Source: Oikopleura dioica (lineage: Eukaryota; Animalia; Chordata). Taken from it: 64,000 nt of DNA. Below the pieces are notes generated by a model. The model saw only the letters and a program-made list of their open reading frames with translations, was not told the DNA's origin and made no database searches. The DNA is taken from contig OU015567.1 in assembly GCA_907165135.1 (NCBI GenBank), forward strand, positions 1,984,001 through 2,048,000. The letters are read 5' to 3'. Below, one piece after another: positions 59,329 to 64,000 of this stretch. The translations under genes and the position numbers were made by a program. Each line of letters opens with the position of its first letter. Positions within the stretch are counted from its first letter, which is position 1.

Positions 59329-60528
59329 ATGGTTACTTTATCGACTAAGAAAATTGTCTTACTCTCAATTTTCTCCGTTACAATAACAACTCAATCTTCA
59401 ACAGAAACTAGCATTCAAACTAATTCTACGGTTTCAACAACTCCATTTGATCCAAGCCACCCGGTCTGTTAAAATTTTTTGATCGAATAAATAATTTCAA
59501 AGCAGAGCAATGTCCGAATTTTGGTTCTTGCTAAGCGATTGAGAAATTCTGTCACTTTCTCCGGCGATGGAGAAATTTTAGAAAGGACTTTTGTTTTCGC
59601 ACCATCTCAAAATTTTGCCGACACAAGTGCTTACGCAGTTGTACAGGGAACGATGTACATTTTCGGGGGCTATTCGGATTCTCACAAAGTAAATATCCCA
59701 AAATTATACGAATGAATTCAAGTTAACCTTAGATCGCAAAACTGGAAAGCTGTCGATTGTCAGAGATCTCTATTAGACTCATTAACTCGTACGAATATGC
59801 TCCTGCAGCGTTGGCAATAGAAAATGGCCACAAAGGTTTGAGTTTCATAAATTTATACTTATTTCTTTTCCAAGCATTAATCTGCTTTGCCCAAAACCAC
59901 AGAGAAAAATGTGAGATATTTGACACAGTTGAATCGACATCCACTCACTCCACAAAATACGAGCATCATTTTGGCGGCTTTGGTTACTATAACGGGCAGC
60001 CAACAACGGTTGGAAGTGCCTTTTACTGGAGTTTTCAGAAAGTAGAGACTTACTCCTCATCTGGATGGAACGAGCTTGCAGATCACCCAAAGTTATCCTA
60101 AGTTTAAAAAAACCAAAAAATAATAAAGAACTTAGAAAAATTTACCGACATACATTGACTGGACTTGACAGTGGAGCAATGCTTATGGTCGGCGGAAGAG
60201 ACGCTGAATCAGAAGAAAATCGCGATATTTGGCTTTTGAAAGAAGGAATTTGGGACCTTATTGGATACCTTCAACATGTAAGAATAGATTTGGTTTGAGA
60301 TCTCTTGTTTTAAAATATTTTAAGTCGCAGGCCGAGGCTTCAGCATTGAAGGTTGGCGACTATATCTACATTGTCCCCAGAGAAATCGAGGATTCGGATG
60401 GACTTTTACCGATTGAAAGAATTCAAGTTTCCAATGATGAAGTTATCGAGACAAAAGTGATTGCTCGGCTTATTGACAAAAGCACCCTTCCAGTCGTTTT
60501 TGAAATAGAGATCGATTCTTGTTTTTAA
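59329..60528 (+). CDS. Kelch-like beta-propeller protein of a lineage-expanded type, with Thr/Ser-rich N-terminus
   Basis: VVQGTMYIFGGYSD, ALICFA..KCEIFD, GGFGYYNGQPTTVG..VETYSSSGWNELADHP, MLMVGGRD..IWLLKEGIWDLIG and KVGDYIYIV. Six exons. Confidence 0.8.
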
Positions 60529-60953
60529 AACCCTGAAAGCTCAAAAATCACGCATCCTGTAGAAGATATATAATAAAAATCATCTTCATGCTTGATATTC
60601 AGCCTTTCATGAGAGAGGATATTAGCAAAGGTTCCTTGCCTAGGTAGACTTATATTTTATTTACAGAGAAATATTTACAAAACAGGATTTTTCTATACAG
60701 TTTTAAAGTTTTTTTTTCAGGAACTGAGGTTTGTAAAGTAGGAATTGAATAAACAGATAGAGGAAGATTATTTAGCTTTGGAACTTTTTGAAGCCTAGAA
60801 ATAGTGAAAAAGTGATTTTCAGTTTTTGGGAAGAACGAGTCTGAAAGAGGCTCTGTGGCTTGACGTTTTATAAAAGAATCAGCTCGGGCAATGAAGAAGG
60901 CGGTTTGAGGTCACTGGAGGTCATGAATTCAATTTCGGGAGATTTTGGAGACT

Positions 60954-63925
60954 TCAGCTGAGGAAAAACGAGCTCTGGCGCGTTGCGCGGCGACAACTGC
61001 AGCTTTTGACGAACGGAACTGGCTTCATGATCGTTGAACCGTCGCTATGAAAAGAGATGAAAATCGTGTAAAAGAGAAAAGGGTCCTACTTGCAAGTGAG
61101 TGTGAGGATTCGATCTTCACTTTGCTCCACGCATTCGTAGCCAGTATGGCAGAGTTGTTTCCGACTGTGCTTGATTCTTCGTCCCTCACACCAGTTTCTC
61201 TCGATTCCCTCGATTCTAGAAAAGGATGAATAAAAGGAAAATTAGGGAAGAAACTTACTTGCAATAGATACTGTTGCTTTCAGAGTAAGAATAGCTTCCA
61301 AAGTGCTTTCTCAGCTTGCAATTGTTTTCCCCTAAAAATTGATTGAAAAAGATTCTTCTACAAAATCAAAAGTAACTTACGAATTTCACATCGATCTCCG
61401 GAGTAATTTCTCTGGCATTTGCAAACTGGCTTGTTTCTCCTTCCGATCTGACATCTTCCATGTCCACAATCGTAGCCCACACACGGGTCTTTTATCGTGC
61501 ATTCTTTACCACTAGAAAATTGAGTTTTGATTGGGAAAATAATTTTTGGAATGAGTCATTATTATTGAGAGTTAAGAAAATCGGCAAACTGTTTCTTCGA
61601 TCAAACTTTTTCGACAAGCGCAGCGGAAAATTAACATTTTTAGCAAAGCATCAAAAGCGGTTTTCAAGATCTTTTTTTTACCTTTTGCGACCGTATCTAT
61701 TCTTTTTGGATCTAATTTGCGAGTGTCAGACAACAGAAAAAATGAAGGCAAAAACAATGAAAATATTCTTACCTGTATCCGTTGGAGCATTGGCAAGTTT
61801 CTTCTCCTCGAATCGTGATGCATTTTCCGTTGACGCAGTTTGCCTCGCACTCGGATTCGTCTTTCTTGACACTGCACAAGGGACCTAAAAATCAATGAAT
61901 TCAATTCTTTAAGACGATTCTTTACCTGTCCATCCAGACTGACACTTGCAACTTTTTCTGTTCCCTGCGCTCACACAGGTTCCATGCTCACAACTGGCGC
62001 CGTCCACACAGCTCGGTCTGAAAGTACAGCCCAGGGCGACATTTTTCAAATTCTCCGCCCCGGTGAAGTACATCGCTTTATCGTTGACGCTGATTTTACC
62101 AATGCAGCCGGAGAAGCTTCCTGATTCCTTTGTGATATGCCCTGCGGCGAGTGCTTTGGCGAAGAGGGTCGAAGAAAGACCACCAGTGAAGAGATCACCG
62201 GAGTAAATAAGGTCGATGATCTGGGTCGGTTTCGCCTTGAGCGCTGAGGTGGTCAGATCGTTGAGTTTAACTTTGACAGCAGTTCTATTGATGAAAACTT
62301 CAAGGCGATGCTCCACATCGATTTCAAGTGATTTCTCGAGGAAGAGCGCTACATCTGCGTGGCGAACTCTGATCATTCCGGAAATTAGTTCTACCGCGAT
62401 GAAGTCATTTTTCTCCCCGTCGCCGAGATAAAGAATAATTCCGCTTTTCCTTTCAGGGCGAATGGTCAAAGTGATATTGATGGTTGATCTTGTGCGCATG
62501 ATTGAGCTTGAAGAAAACGCAGGAGTCGGAAGAACGATCTTTGAGTAGCTTCTTTTTTCAGAGAGAGAAATGGTTTCGATATTCTCGCACTGTTGTCCAG
62601 AAAAACCATTGGAGCATCTGCAGCTGTCGGTTTTCTTGTCGAATGAATGACCATTTCTGCATCTCTCATCACGCTGGATTTGTTGAGTGCCGTCATTCAT
62701 GTAGACCTCGTATCGACGCTCGAGCTCACAATATTGCCCGGTAAAATTGCTCGGACAGTTGCAGGAGAAAAGAGGCGCAGAGTGAGTAACTTGGCAAACG
62801 CCACCATTGAAGCAAGGACTGCCATCGGAAGATTGACATGGACTTTGGGGTCGATCACAGTCTTTGCCTGTCCAGCCTCGAGGGCACTCGCACTCGTAGC
62901 CGCCAAGAGATGGAATGCATCGACCGTCGTTTCGGCAGGGTTTTCGAGAGATGCACATGTCCTCATGCTTGCATCCATCGAGGGAGAGAAGTTTACCTTC
63001 CGGACAGAGGCATTGTGGCGCGTTGATCGAATCTACACAACCGATAGAATCAGCTGGACAAGATTTTGTAGCACAAAGGTCGATCTTTTCCTCGCAGTGT
63101 TGCCCACCAAAGCCAGTTAAGCAATCGCACCAGTAGTTTTGCGGCTCGTCCTCGCTCAAACCAGAGCGGCAGATTCCATTAAAGCAAGGTGAGTCAGCGC
63201 AAGGATCAGCAATAGCTCTTTGTTCGCATGTATTGCCCTTGAAACCTTTTGGACAAATGCATTGGAAGGAAAAAGGAGAGGAGCTAGAGTTGAGGCATTT
63301 GCCATCGTTTTTGCAAGGATTGGAAGCGCAGACATTGCATTGGTCCTCGTTGTTGTCACTGTCGCAGAATTGCCTCATCGTTGGCGGAATTTGTCGATCG
63401 ATCAAAGTTGCGCCTTTGAGTCGTCCAGGACTAGCACAGGTTGCTTCACCCGTCTCCGTATGTGCCTGCTGTATCCACCTGGCAAGCCATTCCAGTTTGC
63501 AATCACAGTCGAGCTCATTGTCTGACAGGGAAATTCTAGTGATGGAGTTGAGCACAGAAGAAGGAAACGCGCTCTCTGGGATTCTCTTGATTCTGTTTTC
63601 GTTCAACGTCAGCATGTTCAAATTTGGCAGACCAGCGAACGAGTTTTCGATCAAACAACCGATCCGATTTCCAGCAAGCATGAGAAACTTCAATTTTGGC
63701 AGGGAGAAGGTGTTCGGAGAAATGCCTCGAATGCGGTTGGAACTGAGATCAAGGAGGACTAGTTCTTTGAAATTTTGCAGCTCGGGGAGGGACTCGATTT
63801 GGTTGTTTTTGAGGAGAAGTTCTTTGGTATCAGTGGGAATCATTTCGAGTTCGATTGAGGTGAGTTGGCGGTTGGAGCAGTCGACGAGTTTGGTTTTTTC
63901 GTTGCAGTGGCATTTTCGAGGGCAC
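60954..63925 (-). CDS. slit: Slit homolog, 3' half (LRR domain 4, EGF repeats, laminin G, EGF repeats, C-terminal cystine knot); continues beyond the window
   Basis: LRRNT CPRKCHCNEK..VDCSNRQL, LRRs, LRRCT NELDCDCKLEWL, ~6 EGFs, LamG GIILYLGDGEKNDFIAVEL, three further EGF-like units and CT end CNDGSTIMKPVPFVKSCSCRR; stop at 60954-60956. This is the diagnostic Slit domain order. Confidence 0.93.
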
Positions 63926-64000
63926 TAGAATTGACATTATAAGTCTTGTTCTTTCAAGAGGGTCGGATTATGCCTTGCTTCGATATTAGTTTATTAGTGA

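Overview
This is eukaryotic, gene-dense DNA with many very short (~40-60 nt) spliceosomal introns. Intron size, compaction and the lineage-specific protein families point to the larvacean tunicate Oikopleura (probably O. dioica); this is inferred, not searched. I can support about 25 coding loci. These include a carboxypeptidase B-like gene, a class A GPCR, a sPLA2-like protein, a secreted EF-hand protein, two S1 proteases, a bacterial-type 3-hydroxybutyrate dehydrogenase, a WSCD-like sulfotransferase, an O-fucosyltransferase, a class I Rab11-FIP, an intronless RING gene, a multi-EGF Ser-Gly protein, a W-S-D repeat protein, a kelch-like protein and the 3' half of slit. There are also three canonical tRNA genes and at least eight inverted-repeat elements. 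Four observations stand out. (1) A 2,669-bp hAT-like element with an exact 8-bp target duplication splits the carboxypeptidase just before its catalytic Glu and carries a Pol III tRNA-like unit plus 57-bp and 142-bp tandem arrays. (2) A bacterial-type HBDH has six introns and is a horizontal-transfer candidate. (3) Paired CCAAT boxes 29-30 bp apart with unrelated spacers recur at six loci. (4) An unexplained GC-rich non-coding island carries hairpins and clustered GGGTCA sites. Exon boundaries were read by eye and some are approximate. No database search was run.
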